Origin: Nageia nagi
Lineage: Eukaryota; Plantae; Pinophyta
Direction: 5' to 3'
DNA length: 64,000 bases
NCBI GenBank assembly: GCA_050084985.1
Contig: JBITNC010000001.1
Location: 5,642,001-5,706,000 of the forward strand
In this document: in pieces, positions 13,706-25,400 of the stretch
Numbering within the stretch: the stretch's first letter is position 1
Layout: each line of letters begins with the position of its first letter
Notes under the pieces: model-generated
Seen by the model: only the letters and a program-made list of their open reading frames with translations
What the model was told of the DNA's origin: nothing
The model's database searches: none
Position numbers and translations under genes: made by a program

Positions 13706-15683
13706 CCTAGGCCTAGGAGTGGTCCAAACTCACTTGACTCACTTCCGACTCAATGTGGGTTTCCTTAGTCCATCTAGACTCGACTTGAATTTCCATACTT
13801 AGCCTTTTTTTGGAGGATTTTGGCTTTCATTCTAACATGACTAAGACCGGGCGATTTAGCACACTCAGGTGACGGGATGATAAAAGTGGTTCCCAATTAG
13901 ATGGAGTTGGGAAGGCACAATATAAAACGTGGTGTTGCACGGACATGAGTTGCAATGCATCCCTAAAATTGCATGATTTTGGGGTGAGTTGTATAGGGCA
14001 CAACAATATTGACACCTAATTATGCAGGAATCCAAGCGCTAGCGTTGGCAACAACGTTGACACTATATCCCTTTATTCATATTGATCCATTTTTGGATCA
14101 TTGATGGAGGTCTACAATATTTTACCCTCTTGAAACCATAGGGTTTAACCTTTGAAGGACTATCTAAAAAAAGAGCATGTTGCTCTTGTAAAAACATCAA
14201 TCACTCCATGGCAAGGCTGAAAAACTTTTCTTTCTGTTTTATGTTTTTGTAACTCTTCGATCTCTTTCTAACTTTTGAATAACTTATAGAATGTTCTCAT
14301 TAGTTTTCCTCTTCCTTTGCTTGTTGGCAATGGATCTTCTTGCTTTCTTTCACCAAGAGCAACATAGCAGATATGACTTTAATTGGAAATTTCAATTCTA
14401 ATTTTTCGTCGAATGGCAGCCAAACAATTTTTGCCTATTCCAAGTTTGACTAATATTGTAAAAACAACTAAGAGGAAGCTCAATTGAATTAAGCATGCGC
14501 AAATGGAACAAGCTACACAACCTCGAAAGGTCTAGATTCTAAATAGCAAAATACATTGTCAATTCAAGATTTGGTAAGCTACTCTACCTTGATCACCTTC
14601 AATTTGCAACTCTTCCCTACTCCACCTCAACTCCCAAACTGAGACTCTATTCGCTCAAAAGTTCAAAATCGTAAACTCACAATTCAAAACTCCTCCTAAA
14701 GGAATCTTCATCCAAGATGATTTGCTCCCTTTATAAACTCTAAAGTGACCTTCAATCTTCCACCAAGATTTTGTAGTTGAATTGTTTTTTTCTGATCAAC
14801 TAGCATGCCAACATAGCTATCCTCGTCAGTTCACATTCCCTTGGCAACTATTCAACTACTTTATCTCCCAACAGTAATGATTCGACATTATCCCAATTGT
14901 CCAAATGTTTCCACCACAAAACTTCGAACTTCTGTTAGTTTCGCATTTTGTTGGACATCTTAAAGGTATTGATGTCATCTTCATGGCTTAACTCAATTAG
15001 GTGACAATCTTTGAGTCAAAAGATCTAAGTATTACTTTGCAAATGAATGTTGAGAGAGCCAAAGCGCCCAATCAGGTCAATTGCACATCAAATTGCCATT
15101 GCTAAATTGTGTCGCCAAATCACCAGCTCGATATCCCCATCACACATCTCCAAAATGAAAGTGCAATCAAATGCAAAAAATAATCACTAGGTTGCCATCG
15201 CATTTCTCTATCACAGAACAGCAAATCATCACATATCATCAATGCAAATAAAATGCGAAAAGTGCGAGAGTTATAACTCACCATAGTGCCAAATTGCCAT
15301 TTTGATAGATCGGTTTCATCATATTGCCAAAGCAAAAATCAAAGTTTAAAAAAAAACATAGAAAACAAAGGATTAAGTCCAAAATTCAAATTCAAATCAG
15401 ACCTCCCTTGTGAGAAGCTTTTGGCCTCTCAGAAGTCTATTGAAAACAAAGATAAGGATATGTATCATCACCCGATTGAAGGGTATCCACTTGGCTTTGT
15501 TCAGCATCTGACCTTTAGAAGAAATTAGCCAATACTCCTATTCCCCTCGTCTAGAAGATCTAATATGTTCTTTAGGCCCTTTATGGTATTTGTGTATTGT
15601 TTTTCTTAGTTTGTTTCTAGAGAGGACCCTCTAGGAACCCACATGTTGCTTTATAAATTTGTACCTCATAGTCTGATTGACCA

Positions 15684-16706
15684 TGTTTACAAATAAAATT
15701 GAGCGTGTAAATAAATAAATAAGCAAATATCTACAAACTCAATATTATCTGTATTTGAGCTACGGATAGCAATTTATTCTCACAAATGTTTACAAATAAA
15801 ATTGAGCATGCAAATAAATAAATAGGTAAATATCTACAAACCCAATATATTTGTATTTGAACTAAAGATAGCAATTTATTCTAGATAACAATAAACAAAA
15901 TAACCAATTCAGAAATGTAATTGTAATTATATCAAACAAGACTGTGGTTTGTATACTTACCTCACGGAACATACCTGACAACGAAAGATGAAGATGTTGG
16001 CGATGTACTGATGATGAACTGCCTCTCAAAAACGTAGTGACCTATGAGGATGCAAAAAGAGGACCGCGGGTGGTCCGTTTTAGAGATAATGGAGCGCCGG
16101 CGGTGTTCTTGGTTCATAAGGGAGCGCCGGCGGCCTTCTTTTGATGATTTTTGATCTCTCAATCAAGTCCAGAACTTTAATACAGATGTCTCAGATAGCA
16201 GTGTGATATCAGAATAGATCGTGGATGTCAGGATAGCTCGCGAAAGGAAGCACACAAACCACAGCCTTGTAGGCGGTACCAAGAGATACCTTAAGGGGTA
16301 GCCACTTACAAGACCATACGCGAGATCATGTGTATCCTTGTTATTGTGGACTTACTATTAGATCCCTTATTTATATAGATAATAGATAATACCGCCCATA
16401 GGTCGGCATGCATCCACATAAATAAGGTTAATTCACAAGATTTAAGATAAACACATCAATAAACAAGATAATTCATGCAATACTCAAGATAATCCATGCA
16501 ATATTCAAGATAACCCATGTAATATTCAAGATACCCATGCAATATTCAAGATAACCCATGCAATATTCAAGATAACCCATGCAATATTCATATTCAAGAC
16601 AAACATTGATATTATCACTTTAATACATTCAAGACATATATTTAGGCCAAGCATATTTCATTAATTTATTGATTTAAAAACATAAATTCATTTTTATGTG
16701 TTAACA
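15684..16706 (-). mobile_element. 1.02-kb solo LTR
   Basis: TGTTT..TAACA with perfect TSD GACCA (15679-15683, 16707-16711). Minus-strand TATA CTATATAAATAAGGG at about 16364-16378. Contains a duplication of about 103 bp (15684/15787) and 20-bp tandem repeats. Confidence 0.88.
16465..16600. repeat. Minisatellite, unit of about 20 bp (AATATTCAAGATAACCCATGC), about 6 copies
   Basis: Direct inspection. Confidence 0.85.
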
Positions 16707-16727
16707 GACCACTTTTGGTCGCCAACA

Positions 16728-18895
16728 GACGTTAATATATTTTGTCTCTTTCTTTCTATCTAGTACCATGTCTTCCACTACTTCAAAGTTTGTTCGATCC
16801 AATTCATCCACTTCAGGAAGAATGAGAGTCTCTTTGTCATCCAACATTAACGACTCAAAACAACTTTAGATTTCCACATTGACCATAGAGTACATCTTAA
16901 TGTAGCTAGGTAATTCGAGTTTAAATGCATTTTCACCATATTGTTCCAAAATCCTAAAAGGCCTATAGTGTATGGGCTTCAATTTCTTACTTAGACCCTG
17001 CATATGCTCGTTACTCAAATAAAGCCACACCAAATTGCCAACATGTAATTGATATGTAGTCTAGTGTTGGTTGTGGCGATCCTTGTATTGTTGTTGAGTC
17101 CTCTTCAGCGTCCCTTCAATCCTCTAGTGAATAAGTTGAATTCATTGAATGAATTGAAGTGTTCGATTTTCCTTCAGCATAAAGCTCTTTGGTTCTCGTT
17201 GGCAATTTTCAAAAGCTCCATCAATTATCAAATAAGGAGAAAACCCATAACTTATCTCAAATGGAGAAAGTTGCATGGACATGCGTATTTCCCTATTATG
17301 GTAATCATAGTTAGAAGAATCAACAATTATTCACCAAAAGTGAATCGGAATTGAGGTTGTCAAGGTAAACGATTTTTTTGTAACTGATTTCACTTTTTTT
17401 ATGCTGATTTGGCGATTTTTTTTAGAAAACCGTAGTTTTGATTCTTCAAAAAATCATGATTAAATCATGATTCCTGATGGGAAAATCACTGATTTTTTAC
17501 AGGTGGCGGCTGAGAGGTTAAAAACAACAAAAATCACTCATTTTTCACTTTTTCTTCCAACCAAAAGCTGAGAGGAGCTAGGGGAAACAACATTTTCCAT
17601 GATTTCATCGAGATTCCAACACATCCACGTAAGTTTCTAAAGCTTTTTCCAATGGTTTTTGAGTTTTGTTGGGTATTTTTCTCCCAAGGTTTTCAGCTGT
17701 TTTTTTTTTCTAGTTTGTCTATGAGTTTTAGTGGGTAACTTTGTTACTTTTTTCCAATGCATATGGTTGCTTGCCCCTTGTGAGTTGTGATGTTGTTTTG
17801 CTTGTTTTTGTTCTTTCTTTTTTTATTTTACAGCTACAGTCTGCAAGTATGAGTTCTTCAAGGGGACAAGGACAAGGGCAAAGGAGGGACCCTTGTTGGG
17901 CTTATATGAGTTCTTATTTGCCGATTTTTTTGCCTATTATGATATGATTCTCAATTAATCCGAATCCTCCAACCAGACGATTCTGATCTGATTCTGATTC
18001 TGACAACTTTGATAACAATACTGAATATAGGGCAAACTTTAATCACAAGTCTTGGGATTCTTCTGGTTGTAGGCCCTCAACAAATGCACTAAAGTTTGAT
18101 TGGTGACTTCAATCTAACCATTCATCTGCAAGTGAAATGTGTAGATCTTTTTAACTTTGTGTCAAACATTCTCCAAAGTGCATTCCAGAAAGTACAAGAA
18201 AACTTGTTACTCCATTTGTTGCGACAGTTTTCATGCAAGGAATGACAATTGCCATCTTGTTGAACCTATGTACTATCAAAAACAAATAGTCACTCCCCTT
18301 TCAAGTGGTCAGCACTCCAATCAGAAATTCATCAAAATGTTTTCCCAAGGTCGACAAAAATTGGTAGGGGAGTGTACATTCTCAATTGTCAGTGACTTGG
18401 CTTACCGATACTGCATTTTTAACAACCTCTGACGAATATTGGAACTTCATTCCACATATTTGGCCAATACACATACCTCTATAAATTTGCCAGTCTTGTG
18501 CATGCCAAAGTATCCAGCAACTAGTGATGTATGAGCTTCTCGCATCAACTGAATCCAACTATATCGTTTTGGAATACAAATCTTTCTAGCTTTAAACAAT
18601 AAACTCTCCTCCAAGTGGTAATATTCCACCAAGTTGGATTGTTCTCCTGCCTTTAGCAATCTGTTTTTGGCTCCAAATTCGTCATCCTCCACATATCTTT
18701 TCTTGCAATCATAAAATGGAAATGGTTCCAGTTCCATAACCACCAATGCAAGTTTGATTTAAGATCAAAATAGCATGTCAACAAGTATGTTGGTCTTCCC
18801 CTTCTTATACTTAATTAGGAGATTAAATTGCTAAAGAAAACCCATTCATTTGAAATGTCTAGCTTGCTGTAAATTGATTTGAGTTTGCAAATACA
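16728..18895 (-). pseudogene. Ty3/Gypsy pol remnant (RNase H end, integrase, GPY/F region)
   Basis: LMREAHTSLVAGYFGMHKT (integrase zinc-finger start); TLVHLLRAYNQKNPKT..LPYIQY..SPFE; KKLKPIHYRPFRILEQYGENAFKLELP. Confidence 0.88.
17306..18011 (+). mobile_element. hAT-family internal deletion derivative (706 bp)
   Basis: Imperfect TIRs CATAGTTAGAAGAATC / GATTCTGACAACTTTG. 8-bp TSD ATGGTAAT / ATAACAAT (transitions only). It retains a GT..AG intron (about 17629-17832) and the transposase start MSSSRGQGQGQRRDPCWAY (onset of a BED-finger-like motif). The integrase frame rejoins across it. Confidence 0.78.
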
Positions 18896-19978
18896 CATTC
18901 TCCATGTTCAGTCTGTTTTGGGGACCAAGCCCATTGGAGATCCCGTTGGGCAATGAATGAGGCCAAAAAACTCTTGATCCAATTGCCTCCCTTCAAGAAA
19001 TTGACACTTTAAATTGAAAATTCATGGATCAAGGATAAATCCCAAATCAAGTTCCTCCGCTCCCGTATTAAAAGATTTAACATAACAAAATTACACAAAA
19101 AAGTAATTTTATAAAAAAAAAAATTGTACAAATTACTTCACATTAAAATGAACATAACAAGCACATGAGCCTTCTTTGACTCTTTCATACATGAACCAGC
19201 TACTGCAACTCTAAAATAACGCTATTGAAATGCCATACATGGCCCTTGGGTGTAGAAGACCATCAATAATAAACATATTTCAAACTCCTACAGACTTCCA
19301 TACATTAAAGTGAAAGCCTACACACATTTATATAAGTATTTCCATGACTCTTAATGTTTAGGATATAAAAGAAACGATGCTTGAGGGCATGACACTTCAG
19401 TTGCAATTCTTTTATAAATCCAAAATTAAGGCTTTATTCTCTTATTCCGTCAAAAGAAATAGCCATCGCGATTTCACCTGTTTTCTTGCAACTACAACTC
19501 CTAACAATTCCAACAGCAAGTAACGATACTATCCACATGTATGTTTTCATAGTTTCAAGGATATGAAAACTTGAACTAATCAACCTAATATAAAGTTCAA
19601 GGATATGGAAACTTGAATTGCTGTGCCCTGTATGAAGTGAAAAGTTTTCATTGTTCCAACAGAGGGGTCTCATTTGCCTACAAAGGTGACAGTAAAGGGA
19701 AATATTTGTTGTTCTCAACAAGGTTTGCTACACCTTGAGAGAAATTTTATTGATGTGCAGTCGAGAAAACATTACTAAATGGGGTTTGCCCAAACAAACA
19801 ATATGTCCTATTTAATCCAAAGGAACTATAATTTTATTACGAATAATTTTTTCTAAAAACATTTTTGTGTTATAGAAGCAATGAGAGTTACCTATTCCTT
19901 TAGTATAATAAAAGTATTCCTCTAGAATAATATTATATTGAAACAGCCAAAGTTCAAGACGGTGGATAGAATTCTTAC

Positions 19979-20109
19979 CAGTAAGCTGTATAAGCTGTAA
20001 ATTTCTTGTCAGTAATCATCATGACAACTGAAGCAGCAGCAAATACAAATTGACCTATGCGGAGAAATAGACCGCTACACGTCCCCGGTGTTCCAGGCAG
20101 ATTCTTCAT
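19979..20109 (-). CDS. CASPL5: CASP-like protein 5 (CASPL5B-type, MARVEL/DUF588 membrane protein), first coding exon
   Basis: Translates MKNLPGTPGTCSGLFLRIGQFVFAAASVVMMITDKKFTAYTAY-C, matching the CASPL5 N-terminus (PGxPGTxxGLxLRxxQxxFAAAS..TAFC). The 131-nt exon ends in phase 2 at a TG|GTAAG donor. Too short for the ORF track. Confidence 0.92.
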
Positions 20110-21240
20110 TGCAACTCTAACAAAAAAATCCCTTCGCAAATTCTTTACAATATTCCAATTCGCTATAATATACTGCAGTTTCTCACCGCTGTCAAAACCC
20201 TAATTGATAAGGACCATTTATCTCACAAATCCAACACGATACAGTGCAAAATTCCTTGCAATACTTGCACGTAAAGACCTCAAACTCCTATTGCAGCAAA
20301 ATACCCCGCATAACATGTGTAGAAATCTTAGCAACCCCAGGATTTCACAGAAAATCATGCCGCTAAATGCGATCATCGCTTCATATCAAAACATACCCAT
20401 TCTGCGGTGAAAAATAATGAACATTTTCGAACACTGCATATCCTGAGTTTATTTGAAGCCACAAAAAACCTAAGCTTCCACAATAGCACAAAACTCCGGA
20501 ATCTCACCCAGGGAAAGCGTAGGTACTCGCTCAGCCAAAAAGCGCCAGAAAAACCCTCACTCAGCTGAAAAAAGCACTGTAAACCCCCTAAATTAGCTTC
20601 AGACTTCGGTTCTCACGGATTTCTTCGTCGAATTATTTAGCTTTATGTAAAACTATTTACTCGAATTTGCCGGCTTAAAATCAATAGCTTCGAAAATAAT
20701 CTAAGACTTTTGAAAAATAATACTCTCTTTGTTGTCGTACACAGTCCTCTTTTACCTCAATTACTCTCAAAGCTCTCAATATTCACTCAATTTATCGTTA
20801 AAGACATGAAAACGGCGGCCGATCTAGACCTGACCACTATAGACACTTCAACTTACATTGGAAGTAGAAGTATATCAATCCCTGGTCGTTTTCTGCCGGA
20901 AAAGTGCAGACTATGCCCTGAAATATGTCGGAAAGAGGATTCGATGTCGGGTTCGCCAAAATTCCGATCAAATCGGCGTCGGAAACATCGCACACATCGA
21001 AAAAACCGCCTCCAAACCATCAAATATCATCACTTCTAGCACCGGTTGTTATCGTGTCACAATATATTTTGTTTCGAATACAAACCTACGATGACGTATT
21101 TATTTTCTTGTGTATTATACGGAGTATAAGAAAAAAGACATTGAATGCTGCTTGAAAGAAGGGCCTTGTGTTGTTGTCCACTATGTTTGCTTTCCGTTTA
21201 CGTGGCCATCCCTTCAAAGAAAAGATACCTATCTTTTGGT
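20110..21240 (-). promoter_or_regulatory. CpG-rich 5'UTR/promoter region of CASPL5 with a probable 5'UTR intron and an ABRE/G-box-like site
   Basis: CG dinucleotides are abundant compared with the flanks. Acceptor TTTTTTGTTAG lies 7 nt before the ATG (exon start 20116). Candidate donors at about 20508, 20755 and 20856. ACGTGGC at 21200-21206. Confidence 0.6.
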
Positions 21241-21858
21241 GTAAATTAAGATTTAGCTTTGATATAATCTTTTATAGAGCACTTAGAGATATCATTTCAG
21301 AGGTGTTTATATTTTAGTATTTCTTCGTGAAATTGATTTATTGATTTGTATTTGTAATATTGATTTTTTTTTGTTAAATTTTTTCTTTTATGATAAATAT
21401 TTAAAATTATTCATATAGTTCATTTAATTTTAAAAAATTTATAAATATTAATATATAGTTTAATAAATTCATTTTAGAACAATCAATCCATTGGATATTA
21501 TGAACAGTAAGATTGTAATTATAGCAAAAGGAATGAGCGAAGTAAATGCAAATGGGTGAATAGAAAATGGAATATAAACGATAGAGTTACAATAATATAG
21601 TTATGTAGGCATATTAAATTTTATATTAAAATAATTAATTGAGTTGATTATTGATGATAGACATATAGACGAAAAGATATTTTGGCTCCCCTACCCCTGG
21701 TTGCCCCTATGAGAACGCCTCTCGACATAATTAAAATATAAAGATATACATGAATAGTCGATTGATACGTATGTGTTTTTTTTATTAGTATTGGGTTTCT
21801 AAGTTTGATTATGGAAGAAGATTTTGTTATGACCTTCCTTTAACCACAATTAATTTTA

Positions 21859-22349
21859 GGGAAAATATCCAAAATACTCATAATTTTCCATAATTATGAA
21901 AATACCCCTATATTTCAAAAATTGTGAAAATGCCTTTATCAAATAAAAAAATTAATATACTTTGATATGTGTGTAATTTTTTTTATGATACATGCACCCA
22001 ACGCAGAGATTGGATATGTGTGTAATTTTATTAAGGATGTCATCTGTACAATATCTTTCAATAGAGGTCAATTGTTCATCACGAAATTTTTTATACTCTT
22101 AAAATATCACCAATTTTCACATCACATAAATATGGAACCAATTCGAAAATATGTGACATGGAAATATGTGATACTTTAAATTATAAGAACTTTTGTGATT
22201 AATAACTACTATCTCTATTGAAATATATTGTATGGGTGGCATCATTAATAAAATTACATATAAATCAAAGTATATTAAAGTTATTTTTTGTTTGATAAGG
22301 GTATTTTCATAATTATGGAAAATTATAGGGGTGTTTTGGATATTTTCCC
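21859..22349. mobile_element. Mutator-like fold-back MITE (491 bp)
   Basis: TIRs GGGAAAATATCCAAAA / TTTTGGATATTTTCCC, with inverted similarity extending nearly to the centre. 9-bp TSD TTAATTTTA / TTAAGTTTA. Confidence 0.88.
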
Positions 22350-22479
22350 TTAAGTTTAATATTATTGGAAGTTGATTTCAGCCTATAGGAGTTTGGATTA
22401 GATCCATACACATCATATTATCTAATTCAGTATTTTTATAAATTAAGGTCATCCTTTTAAAGTGGTAGTCGATTTTTAG

Positions 22480-25400
22480 ATCTTTTATTGGTTATTCATT
22501 ATGAATTTTTATTATTCATTATTCTAATTTTGGTAATCTTATAATGTATTCTATTGTTGTTATTGGTTGTTTTTAAATTATTGAAATTATGGAATTCATA
22601 TATTGTTTCATATATCAAACTAGTAGTTGTGCAAAAACTATAGACTATCAAGAGATCTATGCCATTCATTTCATCGAGTTGATAGTAATAATGTGTATCT
22701 TCAATAACACTCCTAGTAGAGTTAATACAAGATTTACCCCTTTGGTATATATATGCCATTAGATTCATCTCATGAAGATGATCATAATAAAATGTATTCA
22801 TAATCATACCTTTGACTGTTATGAATCTTAACAACCGTAAATTGATAAAACATGTTGAATATCCATAAAGAACCATGTTAAGTAAGATCACCCACATTTT
22901 ATAGATTGATTTCAAATTAAAATTGAGGATGAAAAAGGATATAAACTCATAACATGCAAAAATCCCATAAACAAAATCAACTCATAAAACTTTGATAAGT
23001 AAAAATCAACAAGAATTAAAATAAGTATCAATAGAATATATCCTTGGTAATTGGATAAATGTAAGATATGTCAAATAAGAATGAATGCATCATATTGCAT
23101 AAAAAGTACTAACAAAAAAAAAATGAATGTTAGAAATATCACATCATGCATAGTGTTGATACTAAAAATGATTTTACTCAATTAGTAATATTAATTATAA
23201 TAAATAAAATGATAGATAAAATAAGTAAAATTATACACGATGGATATCAAAAGATCTAAATTATTCTATGCTCAAGACTTTGTCAAATCTAAATTGAAAT
23301 GTACTACAAACCTATCATTTACCTATTATGAGTACATTGCAACCTAAATTTATACCTCACATGATCAAGATGACTCACCTCCAAAATTTGAACCTCCTTT
23401 CCTCCCATGTCCATGTCTTGGAAAGCACCATCGTACATTGGTTCCTTCATAGTGCCTTTAAATTCAAGTTTATTATCAAGTGTTCCTAGCAAGATATCAA
23501 ATCTAATCTACAATATCATGAATAAAAAAATGCAATAAGCTGTAAAGGTGCAAATCTATACTTGATAAGTGGTGTATAGAGTCACTAAGGATAGAATATA
23601 TGAGTTTAACTATCAATGTCTAAATTATAAGTAAGATCACAATCATTCCTCCCTTTATAAATAAATAGTCCACCATAGGCTAAGCCTCCTTACTTAGCAT
23701 GCCTAAGACCTATTACTAAAAAAGGATAGAAATGAGTGAAATGCATTTTAATAAAAAATATAACTCAAATATAGAAATCATTCAATTCAATTAATGAATT
23801 CACTTAGATATCTAAAATATGATTTTTAGTTAAATAGAAACCAAATTTAAGCATGAAGAGATGATCCCCTTTGAATATATTTTGACAAAATCAAAATATA
23901 ATTCAAAGGATAACTATAATCAAATCAACAATACTTCCTTGATAAATTTTCATAATGGTAGCTTGGAGTTCCTCCTTTTTTCTACATATCATGCCTACTC
24001 TTTCTCTTGGTGGTTGGAATGAAGGCCCAATTGGATGGAAGGAACCAAGGCAAAGACAAGGAACCTATAAAAGACATCAGATAAAGAACTCTAGAAAATA
24101 ATATATCATCTCAATAAAATCATCATAAGGTAGTTCATCATACATCATAGATTCTAGAGCATCATTATTTTATTAGTTGTAATAAATATCTTCTCACTGT
24201 AGTGATGGAGAGATAGTGTGATAACACCAATACTTTTCACATATCCCCAAGTGAAATGAGCATTTTGAATACATCTGTCACATACTTTGCATTCCAATGA
24301 AGAATAATCCCATGTCAAGACCTTTCATACCATGGTTGAGATGGAGAAGTTGAGTAGGTATTTAATTGAGACCATTGATTACCATCATAAGAAGAAAGGA
24401 GCTTTCTTGCATAAATATATTTATCAACATGAAGATGACCTTCATGAAAGGATATATCATATATATATTTGCATGTACATCATTATGTTGATAAACACCA
24501 TTCTATATAATGATAAAAAATATGAATATTTTCTATTGGCATGATCCCAATTATCAAATATATCACTCTCCATGGCATCTCATATGCTTAAGCTCCTTGC
24601 ATAATATCCCAACTCTATAGGGATCTCCATTCCTTTATCACCATAAAGGAGAGGGTGAGAGTGGTGACATATTCATTCCTTTTTCAATGTTGGGCCTATG
24701 AACACATTTCCATAGCACAACTTAATTTTTCTCTAAATAATATCCTTGATGCCAATTTATTCGAAATAGGATAGGTCTAGCATAATCATAAAAATATTTT
24801 TGACACATATTTTTTAGAGCAATGGTGGGTTCTCTTTAATGACATGGATGATAATGACATAATGTGGACTCCATATGGATTTGGAGGAATATGTAGAATC
24901 AAAAAAATGAACTTTATTGTGTTTCCACTTCATGTTATATTCAAGCTCATTCCAAAATTGTAAAGCCCTATAAACCTAAGAGATTTCTTCACCAAGTTGG
25001 AGTAATACATGATGTTATAGGTAATTGGCCCACTATAATCTGCTTCTATTGGAAACATAACTTGCCTCTAAGCCTTGTGGTTGTTCTTGAGTTCACTGAG
25101 GCATGGAAATAACTTGATGATCACCTTCCTTTTTGGGTTAATGAAGATCTCAACTACACTGTTGATTATATGTCATAGTGGGAAGGTGTTCAACTTGCTT
25201 GCTTAGGTCTTATTTATAATATGGATGAGGAGGATAATAATGAGAACGGAGAATAGGAGGGCATGAAGAAGGAAATACCACAACCATGTATGACCCCCAC
25301 AGGCCTACTCACTCAACCACCTACTCCACTTTTTTATGTAGTAGACATGATAGATACCTTTCTCAAACTTTATGTTAATCCTTATAAACAATAATACTAA

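Larger units (their letters stand above)
8520..14005 (-). mobile_element. 5.5-kb solo LTR, Ogre/Tat-like, carrying an internal gene remnant
   Basis: Termini TGTTG..CAACA. TSD GTACT (8515-8519) / ATATT (14006-14010) differs by two transitions, and the empty site AAGTACTGAAACCTAATTA is intact in the sister LTR at about 5692-5710. No second LTR copy, PBS, gag or pol seen inside. Lineage is inferred from size and terminal sequence style. Confidence 0.8.
4898..14100 (-). mobile_element. Non-autonomous Ty3/Gypsy (chromovirus/CRM-like) element with gag and protease only
   Basis: Perfect 5-bp TSD TTGAT (4893-4897, 14101-14105). 3' LTR 4898-5789; 5' LTR 7726-8519 plus 14011-14100, split by an insertion. 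PBS TTTGATACCA at about 7713-7722; PPT CACCTCCCC at 5790-5798. Confidence 0.92.
3411..16727 (-). mobile_element. Decayed LTR element encoding a G-patch domain; host of the insertions at 4898-14100 and 15684-16706
   Basis: Removing 4898-14100 rejoins the minus-strand frame ..KPYGFKRVKYCRPPSKSIEQGIGFQFMKKIAYQEGQGLEVSQGIKKLLEVRQRPMNVGLGY (G-patch pattern). An LTR-like terminus ..GGTCGCCAACA lies at 16727. The left boundary is not determined. Confidence 0.55.

Noticed and set aside
12794-13768. Multiple overlapping ORFs on both strands (KRQDFVF/KKTKSCL peptides)
   Set aside because: By-products of the palindromic repeats, which read alike on both strands.
20710-21155. Plus-strand ORFs in the GC-rich island
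   Set aside because: No recognisable motifs; explained by low stop density in the CASPL5 promoter/5'UTR.
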